This document shows, in pieces, positions 24,716 through 33,262 of a stretch of DNA of 64,000 bases. The DNA is taken from positions 96,001 through 160,000 of the forward strand of contig CAWHAZ010000005.1 in the NCBI GenBank assembly GCA_963827475.1, in the 5' to 3' direction. The translations under genes and the position numbers were made by a program. Numbering within the stretch: position 1 is the stretch's first letter; the number at the start of each line of letters is the position of its first letter. The notes under the pieces were generated by a model. The model was given only the letters and a program-made list of their open reading frames with translations. It was not told the DNA's origin and searched no databases. The DNA comes from an uncultured Chloroflexia bacterium (GTDB lineage Bacteria > Chloroflexota > Limnocylindria > QHBO01).

Positions 24716-24847
24716 GCCCTGACGCTACCGGTTGGACCGGGCAGGGACCACGGGTCGAGAGTACTAGCGACCTTGCCCCGACAAGCCGTTGCCGCCGGGC
24801 ACCGATCGCTCTTCCCGAGTCCTGCACCCGCGTAGTACAAATGCGGC

Positions 24848-25303
24848 GTGAATCGAACGCTCCGCCTTCTGCTCCTGATCGTCGTCCTGATCACCTTGAC
24901 CGCGACCGCCGGCGCGCTCGCCCTGGGTGGCGAGGGTGAGGCGGCGGACCCGGAGGACGCGAACAACCCCGAACGCGTGGTCGGGCTGCTCGACAACGCC
25001 GGCATCACGACCGATGCCAGCGCGCTGACCGGCCTGGCCGAGACCTACGGCATGGGCGGAGCGGTCCGGATCCTGGCCTTCGCGGACGCCGCCGGTGTCG
25101 ACCCGGCGGAGGTCACAGCCTTGCGAGACGCGGGGATGGGCTGGCGCCAGGTCGCTCGCGAGCTTGGCATCGACCTTGGTCCGGGCATCGGCTGGATCAT
25201 GAGCGGCAACGGGCAGGCCGATAAGGACAAGGGCCCGGGTCCCGGCAACGGGTGGGGACCAGGCGGCAACCCGAACAAGCCCGACGAGCCGGAGGGCGAA
25301 TAG
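24848..25303 (+). CDS. Hypothetical secreted protein
   Basis: N-terminal signal peptide; LRDAGMGWRQVARELGI; Gly/Pro-rich tail. Confidence 0.7.
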   Translation: MNRTLRLLLLIVVLITLTATAGALALGGEGEAADPEDANNPERVVGLLDNAGITTDASALTGLAETYGMGGAVRILAFADAAGVDPAEVTALRDAGMGWRQVARELGIDLGPGIGWIMSGNGQADKDKGPGPGNGWGPGGNPNKPDEPEGE

Positions 25304-25330
25304 GGAACCGGCGACTGATATCGTCGCCGG

Positions 25331-25666
25331 GTGATCGAGTTCGCCGATTTCCAGAAGGCCGACATGCGGGTCGGGCGCATCGTCTCGGCCGAGCCGTTTC
25401 CCGAAGCCCGGAACCCGTCGTACAAGCTCCGGATCGACTTTGGCCCGGACATCGGGGAGCGAGAGTCGGCCGCCCAGCTGACGGTCACCTACCCCGATCC
25501 GGCGGCCCTCATCGGGCGTCAGGTGGTGGCGGTCGTGAACTTCCCACCGCGGCGGATCGCGGGGTTGGCCAGCCAGGTCCTGGTCCTCGGGGCCATGGGC
25601 GATGACGGCCATGTCTTCCTGCTCCAGCCCGAGCCGGACAGCCCGCTGGGCCTGCGCATCGGATAG
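25331..25666 (+). CDS. csaA: CsaA tRNA-binding/chaperone protein
   Basis: DFQKADMRVGRI, FPEARNPSYKLRIDFG, SAAQLT and VVNFPPRRIAG.SQVLVLG. Confidence 0.9.
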   Translation: MIEFADFQKADMRVGRIVSAEPFPEARNPSYKLRIDFGPDIGERESAAQLTVTYPDPAALIGRQVVAVVNFPPRRIAGLASQVLVLGAMGDDGHVFLLQPEPDSPLGLRIG

Positions 25667-25696
25667 GCCGCCCGGATCGGCCATACTCGACCAGCC

Positions 25697-26129
25697 GTGA
25701 CCGTCGCCAACCAGCCGATGCTCGGTGCCGTTCCCGAAGGGATGCCCGATCCGAACGTGGCCCCGCCCCAGGCGGCGCGGGCCGGGGACCCGTTCTCGAG
25801 CCTGCGGATCGTGGTCGGACTGGCTCGGATCTCGCGCAACGTGCCCCACCAGCTGCGTGACGTGGTGACGGCCCTGAACGCGGCGTACCTCGACTGGTCG
25901 TTCTCCGAGGACGTCGTCCTGGCCGAGCTCGTGCAGCTCCAGTCGAACTGGAGCCTCTCGTTCCACGGCGAGGACCGGATCGTCCTCGGCGCCAACGAGC
26001 GCGGGTCGGACGGTCCTCATCGTGGACTCGACCAAGATGACGCCGTTCCTCGTCGCCCAGGCGCAGGCGCACGCCGAAGCGTGCGACGCGGCCCTGCGCG
26101 AGTTCGCCATCGGCGAGGAAAACTACTGA
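25697..26129 (+). CDS. Hypothetical protein (frameshift near 26005)
   Basis: MTVANQP...LNAAYLDWSFSEDVV..., continuing as RTVLIVDSTKMTPFLVAQAQAHAEACDAALREFAIGEENY*. Confidence 0.65.
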
Positions 26130-26144
26130 GGACGAACAGGACCG

Positions 26145-26610
26145 ATGTCGGCACGCCCCGTGACCACGACCGCGACCCTCACCGGCGAGGGTGGGGAGTA
26201 CTACTTCATCGTCCCGATCGACTTCCAGGCCGAATTCGGCCGTCACCGGCCGCCGGTCCGGGTCACGATCCGCGGCTTCACGTTCCGGACCACGCCCGCT
26301 CGCTACGGGACCGAGTACTACGTCGTGGTCAACCGCGCCAACCGGGCGGCGATCGGGATCGACCGCGGCGACCGGGTCCGCATCAGGTTCGAGCTCGATA
26401 CCGAGCCGCGGGTGGTGAAGCCGCCGCCGGAGCTGGCGGCGTCGCTGGCCTGCGGACGCCGGCGCAAAGGCCAGGTACGGCAAGCTCGCGTACAGCCACC
26501 AGAAGGCGTATGCCGACTGGGTGGCCGAAGCGAAGCGTCCCGAGACGCGCGTCCGCCGCGGAGCCGAATCGGTCAAGCGCCTGCTCGCCGGCCGCAAGGA
26601 GCCGAACTAG
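26145..26610 (+). CDS. DUF1905 + YdeI/OmpD-associated family protein (frameshift near 26450)
   Basis: FGRHRPPVRVTIRGFTFRT...ELDTEPRVVKPPPELAA, then shifted LAYSHQKAYADWVAEAKRPETRVRR. Confidence 0.85.
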
Positions 26611-26619
26611 GATGGCGAG

Positions 26620-26727
26620 ATGAGCCGATTGAACGTGATCAAGACCCGCCTGTTCCCGATCGTGATGCTGGCCGGGCTGATGCTCCTCGCGGCCTGCAAC
26701 AGCGGAGGCTCCGGACCCGGCTACTGA
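26620..26727 (+). CDS. 35-aa micro-lipoprotein (below the ORF-track cutoff)
   Basis: MSRLNVIKTRLFPIVMLAGLMLLAAC-NSGGSGPGY*; LAAC lipobox; TAGGAT -10 lies 6 nt before the ATG. Confidence 0.7.
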   Translation: MSRLNVIKTRLFPIVMLAGLMLLAACNSGGSGPGY

Positions 26728-26740
26728 CCGGGCATCGACC

Positions 26741-27661
26741 TCAGTAGCGGTCGGCCTGCGCAGCCTGGCCGACGGCGGCCTCGGGCGCGTCCATCGCGAC
26801 CGGGACCTTGTCGGTCCGCTTCGGTCGCGGCCGGAAGGGCGAGGTCTCGGGGACGACCGGCCCATCGGTCTCCGCCAGGTCGCCGCCCCGATAGGCTTCC
26901 CACACGGCCATGACCGTGTCGCGGTGGGGCCGGATGCGGCAGTGCTCGTCGCGGTTGCCCATCTCGTCGCAGTAGCCGAGCGGCACGCACTTGGGGGCGA
27001 GGAACGAGCCGAAGAAGGGCGAGACGCGGAAGATCTCGTGCCGGATCTGCTTGAACAGCTGGCGGATCTCCCACTGGGCCATGGTGCACAGCCGCAGCCC
27101 GCTCATGTGGATGAGCTGGCGCAGGTTCACGGTCATGATCAGGTTGGTCTGCATGGCGTTGGGGAAGATGAACCGCGCGTCCTCGGCCGGAACCTCGGCC
27201 TGGAGGAGCTGGCCGTAGAGGTCGAGGTTCTCGTCGATCGCCCGCTGGAATCGACCGGCCAGGTCGTCGGGCAGGTCGCCCTTGGTGATCGAGTCGGGGA
27301 TGGTGTAGTTGTCGCGGGCCTTGAACGAGACGTAGCGCTGGGACTGCTGGTCGAAGGCCGTCCCCGCCCGATGGCGGACCAGCTGGTGGGACAGGGTCCG
27401 GGTCACGCCGCTGATCGCGAACGTGAAGTTCACGTGCTCGATGGTCGAGCCATGGCCCGACTCCATGACCTTGCGGACGAGCGCCTGCTGCTTCTCGTCG
27501 GCCACGGAGCGGGAAACGGCCTTGTCCCAGATGACGTCCGGCAGCAGCTCGGAGTAGCACGTCCGGCAGGCGGTGTAGATGATCGGGAGGTAGTACTCCT
27601 CCACGATCTCCGCGGTCGGGAAGATCAGCTTGGCAGACAGGTTCGGCGAGGTCGGCGGCAT
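26741..27661 (-). CDS. thyX: FAD-dependent thymidylate synthase
   Basis: GHGSTIEH, ISGVTRTLSHQLVRHR...SQRY, EDARFIFP and RLCTMAQWEIR. Confidence 0.95.
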   Translation of the reverse strand: MPPTSPNLSAKLIFPTAEIVEEYYLPIIYTACRTCYSELLPDVIWDKAVSRSVADEKQQALVRKVMESGHGSTIEHVNFTFAISGVTRTLSHQLVRHRAGTAFDQQSQRYVSFKARDNYTIPDSITKGDLPDDLAGRFQRAIDENLDLYGQLLQAEVPAEDARFIFPNAMQTNLIMTVNLRQLIHMSGLRLCTMAQWEIRQLFKQIRHEIFRVSPFFGSFLAPKCVPLGYCDEMGNRDEHCRIRPHRDTVMAVWEAYRGGDLAETDGPVVPETSPFRPRPKRTDKVPVAMDAPEAAVGQAAQADRY

Positions 27662-27745
27662 GGTTTTGGCAGCAGTCCTGGCAGCAGTCGCAGCAGCAGA
27701 AGTAAGGCGCCGAGTCTAGCACCGGACCGATGCGAATTGGGGCCG

Positions 27746-27796
27746 TTATCCACAACCTGTAGTGGTGGTGGATAACTTCAGACCGCTATCTTGTGG
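27746..27796. promoter_or_regulatory. Two inverted DnaA boxes and two NrdR-like boxes upstream of thyX
   Basis: TTATCCACA at 27746-27754; GGTGGATAA at 27767-27775; CCACAACCTGTAGTGG at 27750-27765 and GACCGCTATCTTGTGG at 27781-27796, 31 bp apart. Confidence 0.7.
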
Positions 27797-27801
27797 TCTG
27801 G

Positions 27802-29324
27802 CTAGCGCTGCTCCTCGCGCTCGGCATCGGCCCCGCGACCGCCCTCCGGGCGGCGTTCGTCGAGGCGGGCGAGGCCGTGGAGACGGTCGTAGGCGATGAC
27901 GTTGCCGCCGCCGGCGCGGGCCGAAGCGACCGCCTCGTCGGCCCACGACAGGAGGGTGTCGGCGGTGGTCTCCTGGCGTGAGCGCATGGTGGTCACCCCG
28001 ATCGAGACGGTGACCGAGACCTCGCCCCGCCCGGTGGAGATCGGTCGCTGCGTCGCGCGGTCGCGGATCGCCTCCGCAAACACGGTGGCTCCCTTCTCAT
28101 CGGTATGGGGGAGGATGGCCAGGAAGGCGTCGCCGGCCAGGCGACCGATGGCGTCCGCCTCGCGGACGCGAACCCGGATGCGCAGCGCGAGCTCGCGGAG
28201 GACGACGTCGCCGACGGCCGTGCCGTAGTGGGCGTTGAGCTCGCCCATGCCGTCGATGTCGACCAGGACGATGGACACCGCGTGCGGGTAACGACGTGCC
28301 TCGGCCACCTCGTCGCGGAGGCGGTCCATGATCGCCGTGCGGCTGGCTACCCCGGTCAGGGCGTCAGTGTCCGCAGCCCGCTCCAGCTCCGCTCGCTGGA
28401 GGGCGATGGTGTGGCGGGCATCGGTGAGCTCCGCCAGGGCGGCCCGCAGCTCGCGGCCGAGGCGGTCACGCTCCGCATCGTCGACCGGCTGCGGCGTAGG
28501 CGCTGGAGGCCCGGTCCGCCGCGTCCATCCCGCCCGCGATCTCCGCCGTGGCGGCTTCCGCGGCCATGGCCCGGAATCGCGGTGGACCGGGACACGCTCG
28601 CCGGCGGAGCGAGCCCCGCCACGAGGAGCGGCGGCGTCACGAGGAGCGGGCTGAGGGCCACGATGGCCTCGACGGTCCCGGGACGAGCCCAGGCCAGCAG
28701 GACCGCGGCCACCGCCAGGGTCACCGGGGCCAGCGCGGCGACCGGTCTGCGGCGACGGAACCATTTGCCCGCCGCCGCCAGGGCCACCACCGCGCCGACC
28801 AAGGAAGAGGATGGACGTCATGTCGTCAAGCGGTGAGCCGGGCGCCAGCAGGGCGGCGGCCAGCGCCGACTCGGCAAGGACGAGCGCGAGGATCACGCTC
28901 AGCCAGCGTGCCCGCTCAGCGATCACCACCCGCTGCCTGGCCCAGGCAGCCACGGCGAGTCCGCCCGCCACGATGATCAGGGTCAGGGCCAAGCCCGCTG
29001 TTCGGGAGCGTGGGAGCCCCGTCCGGGACCTGCCAGCGCGAGCGCCGCGGTGCCTGCGGTGAGCGCGGTCGCGCTGAGCCCGGCGGCCCCGGCCGACAGC
29101 CGGCCGGTGGTGACCAGCGCCCCGAGCAGGGGAATGACCGAAATCGCGGAGATGAGCGCCACCAATCCGAGCGCGGCGGGCGCGAGCCAGCCGCTGGCAT
29201 CGGCCGGATTCATCTCGAGCGGGGGAAAGAGGCGCAGCGCGGCGACCGCGGCCACGGGGAGCGCCAGGGCCAACCCGGTGCCCACCGCCCGCGCGATCGC
29301 TGCGGTCAAATCGGATCGGAGCAT
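27802..29324 (-). CDS. Membrane-anchored GGDEF-domain protein with a degenerate A-site (frameshifts near 28985, 28800 and 28560)
   Basis: DALTGVASR, VLVDID, NAHYGTAVGD, READ-x5-AGDAF and VTVSIGV; multi-TM N-terminus spread across frames. Confidence 0.8.
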
Positions 29325-29424
29325 ATTTCGCCGGTGCGTCTGGTCACCGCAGTCTCTGGAGGGTGGGGGTAAGCGGCAATAGTACGAACGGCCGCGGAAA
29401 CCCTCTCGCGCCATACTCGAGCCG

Positions 29425-29775
29425 ATGCAGACCGAGCCGGTGATGACCAAGAGCGCCTTCCTGGAGGCCACCGACGCGCTCATCGCGGAGGGCGACCGGC
29501 TGGCGACCTCCCCCGACTGGGAGGGCTTCCGGGCGTGGCTGCTCGAGTCGGATCGGCTGCTGGAATCGGTCTGGGGACGGATGGACCGATATCACCTGGC
29601 CTGGCTGAACGTGGGACGCGACTCCGCCCCGCCCGGATCCCCACTGGACGCCGAGGGGAGCGCCCGATTCATCACCGAGGTCGCCAGCGCCAAGGTCGCC
29701 GTCCTGCGTACGATGCGCACCGCGGTCGAGCGCCAGGGCTGGCGGCGCCTGGCCGATGATCCGGAGGACGCGTGA
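29425..29775 (+). CDS. Hypothetical protein
   Basis: Coding-like ORF; its stop overlaps the next start (GTGA). Confidence 0.7.
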   Translation: MQTEPVMTKSAFLEATDALIAEGDRLATSPDWEGFRAWLLESDRLLESVWGRMDRYHLAWLNVGRDSAPPGSPLDAEGSARFITEVASAKVAVLRTMRTAVERQGWRRLADDPEDA

Positions 29776-30495
29776 CCTACGACCGAACCGGGGGAGTGGC
29801 CGTCATCCTGGCCCACCCCGCCGACGAGGCCTTCACCTGTGCGGGCTCGCTGGCGCTCGCCCATGACGCGGGGCACACCACGCGGCTGCTGGTCGTGACC
29901 CGGGGCGAGGCCGGGAACGAGGAGCGGACGCCGGATGCCGACCTGGCCGCGGTTCGCGAGTCGGAGATGGTCCGCGCGGCGGAGGTCATCGGTCTCAACG
30001 AGGTCACCCTGCTGGAGGGGTATCCCGACGGTGCGGTCGCGTCCGAGCCCCCGGAGCGGCTGATCGAGGAGATCTTCGCCTGGCTCGGGAACCGACGGCC
30101 CGAGGTGCTGGTCACGTTCGGCGCGCACGGCGTCACCCATGACCCGGATCACGCTGCGGTGGGCAGCGCCGCCCGCTGGGCGGTGGAGCGGCTGGCCCGC
30201 TCCGGCGTCGCGCCAACCTCGACGTACGTCATCGCCCCTGGATACGGGCCCGGGCCGAACCGATACGACCTCTCCCCGGAGGAGCAGGGCGCGACCCACC
30301 GGATCGAGATCACCGACGTGGCGGAGCGGCGCCTGGCCGCGCTCGAGAGCCACGCCTCGCAGGCCGACACCGCGGACGCGATCGCCGAGCTTCGCGACCG
30401 CCATCGAGGGCGGCGAACCGATCTACGAGGCCTTCACCCGGGTCCGTCCCGAGGTTCTCCTGCCCCACCCGAAGTTCGACACCAGCCTCATCTGA
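29772..30495 (+). CDS. PIG-L/LmbE family deacetylase (frameshift near 30395)
   Basis: AHPADE, VVTRGEAG, YPDG, GVTHDPDH and ALESHASQ; C-terminus YEAFTRV in the shifted frame. Confidence 0.85.
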
Positions 30496-30531
30496 TCGGT
30501 CCGGCGGGAATCCCTGCTACTCTGGTCGGGT

Positions 30532-30822
30532 ATGACGATCGATGCCAACCTCGCCAAGGTGGACGAGGTGATGACCGCGCTCTATGACATCCACGATCCG
30601 GAGATCGGGATGAGCATCGTCGACCTCGACCTGATCAAGAACGTCGAGATCGGGACCGATGGCTCGCCGACCGAGATCAAGATGGTCCTGACCACGCCGT
30701 TCTGCCCGTGGGCCGGCGACCTCATCCAGGAGATCAAGACCAAGACCGAGGACGTGGTTGGTCCCCCGGTCAAGGTCACCCTGCTCGCCGATCGCTGGGA
30801 GCCCCCGCCCGGCCTCTTCTAG
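30532..30822 (+). CDS. Metal-sulfur cluster assembly factor (DUF59/SufT-like)
   Basis: IHDPEIGMSIVDLDLI...LTTPFCP. Confidence 0.9.
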   Translation: MTIDANLAKVDEVMTALYDIHDPEIGMSIVDLDLIKNVEIGTDGSPTEIKMVLTTPFCPWAGDLIQEIKTKTEDVVGPPVKVTLLADRWEPPPGLF

Positions 30823-30900
30823 GCCCTTCAGCGCTGTCGCGGCCGGCAGGACCTGCCCCGGGATCGGTCCGCATCGATGGCCGGGACTAGCTGTCTCTGC

Positions 30901-30975
30901 GCGTTGCACCGGTTCGTGGTAACGCGGTAAGCGTGTTTGCCAAGCGGACTACCACGTTGCCACGAATGCTTGCGA
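30901..30975. repeat. Palindromic intergenic repeat, copy B
   Basis: GCGTTGCACCGGTTCGTGGTAAC...GTTGCCACGAATGCTTGCGA; homologous to 24031-24098. Confidence 0.7.
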
Positions 30976-31021
30976 CAACGTCGAACCGACCGGCTTGAGG
31001 CGGCGCTAGCATCGGTCGGCG

Positions 31022-31969
31022 ATGACCAAGGCGGCCGATGTTCCCGTTGTGGCTTGGCTGCTCGAAGGCGATCCTGCTATTCGCTGGCAGGTCATGCGCG
31101 ATCTCCTGGACGAGCCCGCGGAGGTCTGGCAGGCCGAGCAGCGGCGCACGGTCGATAGGGGTTGGGTGGCCAAGATCCTCGCCATCCAAGCGGCCGACGG
31201 CAGCTGGCCGAAAGGCCGTTGGACGGACGTCGCCGTGGACGCCGCTGCTGCTCATGGCGCTCGGACTCCCAGGATGACCGTCCGGCGCCGTGGGCTCCGC
31301 GAGACGGGTTGATGGACCGGCTCATGCCGCCGGGTCACGAGGTCGACCGCAATGTGCTGCTGAAGCGGATGGACCTGTGCCACCTGGGCTTCTGGCTCGG
31401 CCTGGGCTCGACCTACCTCGCCGGCGACCCTCGTCTTCGTCCGTTGGCGGAAACGGTCATCAGCGTCCAGCTGGGTGACGGCGGGTGGAACTGCCACATC
31501 CGGAACCGCCCGTCGACGACGCACAGCTCGTTCCACACCACGCTCAACATCCTCGAGAACCTGCGGATCGCACACGACCACGGAGTCGTCGCCAAGCAGG
31601 GCCTTTCGTGACGCCGAAGCCGGAGCGATCGAATTCCTCCTCGCCCATCGGCTGTTCCGCTCCCACACCACCGGCGAGGTGGCCGACCATCGGTTCGTCC
31701 AGCTCACCTATCCGTGGCACTGGCACTACAACGTCGTGCGCGGACTGGACTATCTCCGCCTCACGCCCGCCGTCCTGAGCGACGAGCGGGCCTCGGACGC
31801 CATCGCGCTTCTGCAGGATGCGCGACGTCCGAACGGTCGCTGGCCGCTCCAGTCGCGGATCCCGGGCACGCTTCTGGTCGAGATGGAGAAGCCGGGCGGC
31901 GAGAGTCGATGGAACACCCTGCGGGCCCTCCGGATCCTCCGAGCAGTGGATAGCATCAGCCCGGCATGA
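31022..31969 (+). CDS. Prenyltransferase/squalene-cyclase-like repeat protein (frameshifts)
   Basis: WLLEGDPAIRWQVMRDL, QAADGSW, QLGDGGWNC, SSFHTTL, WHYNVVRGLDYL and SRWNTLRALR. Confidence 0.75.
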
Positions 31970-32527
31970 AGATCTACACCCGCAAGGGCGACGCCGGCGA
32001 TACCGGGCTGCTGTTCGGCGGCGCCCGCGTCGGGAAGGACAGCCTCCGAATCGAGGCGGCCGGCTCGGTCGACGAGGCGGTAGCCGCGCTGGGCATCGCG
32101 CGAGCCGCACTGGGAGCCATCACCGACCGGAAGGAGGCTCGCCTGAGCGAGCTGATCATCCGCATCCAGCGCGAGCTGTTCGTGGTCGGGGCCGAGATCG
32201 CGACCCACAACGTCCGGCGCGCGCGCCTGACCGATGGCGTGAGCCGGGTGACGGCGGACATGGTCACCGCCCTCGAGACCGAGATCGACGCCTGGACGGA
32301 GTCCAACCCGATGCCGGCCGAGTTCATCGTCCCCGGCGAAACCGAACCCGGCGCGGCCCTCGATCTCGCCCGTTCGATCACCCGTCGGGCCGAACGACGG
32401 GCGGTGGCCCTGGCCGAGGCCGGTGACCTCCCCGACTCGGAGGTCGGTCAAGTACCTGAACCGCCTCGCCGACCTGCTGTTCGTGATGGCCCGCGTGGCC
32501 GATGGGGGCTTTCGCCCCGTCCGATAG
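31966..32527 (+). CDS. Cob(I)alamin adenosyltransferase, PduO type (frameshift near 32445)
   Basis: MKIYTRKGDAGDTGL, GSVDE, FIVPG and RRAERR; shifted-frame YLNRLADLLFVMAR. Confidence 0.9.
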
Positions 32528-32544
32528 CGGCTGTCGCGCTTGGA

Positions 32545-32596
32545 TCAAAGTTGCGTGGTTCCACGGATGCGGAGGCGACTGCCGCGGCCATACGGT
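32545..32596 (+). promoter_or_regulatory. 27-bp motif plus TACGGT -10, copy 1 (candidate LuxR-STAND binding site)
   Basis: TCAAAGTTGCGTGGTTCCACGGATGCG, then TACGGT 19 nt downstream; 26/27 identical to 36103-36129. Confidence 0.7.
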
Positions 32597-32626
32597 CTCG
32601 TTGCCTGGATCAGCAAGGAGATCACC

Positions 32627-33175
32627 GTGGACCATCCCACTCACCGTTCCTCGCGAGGACGCACCGTGCCACTGCTGGCGGCGTGCCTTGCGCTGGCTGT
32701 CGCGGCATGTACACCCTCCAGCAGTCCGGCCGGCAGCAGCCCGGCCGGCGGCGATGGCGGAGCCCCCAGCGCGGCGGGATCGGCGGCCCCAGACGGAGGT
32801 CAGCCCGGATCCGGTGAGGACCGCGTCGATGGCAGCCTCACCACGTCCGGCGTCTACGACGCGACATGGACGTGGCAAGCGGGCAATGCCATGGATGTCG
32901 GTGACATCGGCGGGATCACACTGAATTCGGACCAGGGGACGTTCGGCCACATCACCGTGAAGACCGATGGCAGCATTCGATTCGATAGCGCCGCGGCTGA
33001 ATTGCCGGCGGTTCCGTACCAGGGAACCGGCGCGCAGGTAACGCTCGACACGGTGAACATCGGGTACGTGTGCAGCTTCACGCTGGACAACGATCTCACC
33101 GGTACCGACGGCTCGGTGCTCCATATCGCGGGCACCATGACCTTCCACCTGGACGACGACATCACTCCCTGCTGA
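32627..33175 (+). CDS. Hypothetical lipoprotein
   Basis: AAGGAG SD before GTG; LALAVAAC lipobox; beta-rich domain with two further Cys. Confidence 0.75.
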   Translation: MDHPTHRSSRGRTVPLLAACLALAVAACTPSSSPAGSSPAGGDGGAPSAAGSAAPDGGQPGSGEDRVDGSLTTSGVYDATWTWQAGNAMDVGDIGGITLNSDQGTFGHITVKTDGSIRFDSAAAELPAVPYQGTGAQVTLDTVNIGYVCSFTLDNDLTGTDGSVLHIAGTMTFHLDDDITPC

Positions 33176-33262
33176 CATGAGTTGAGCCAGCCTCGCGAGA
33201 GGCTGCTCGACCCGGAAGGACCGATTGGCGCCCCAGGCCGGAGCCTCCGCTACCATCGCCGG

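Noticed and set aside
27662-27705. Cys-rich peptide FCCCDCCQDCCQ (metallothionein or leader peptide?)
   Set aside because: It arises from GCA/CTG triplet repeats in the thyX leader within a shadow ORF; no credible start downstream of the -10
27746-27775. Possible oriC
   Set aside because: Only two DnaA boxes, no AT-rich unwinding element and no dnaA/dnaN nearby; better explained as promoter control
32627-33175. Ninth member of the lipoprotein family
   Set aside because: Has a lipobox and linker but lacks the PxG..LxGxW and GDC motifs; the same applies to 59886..60533
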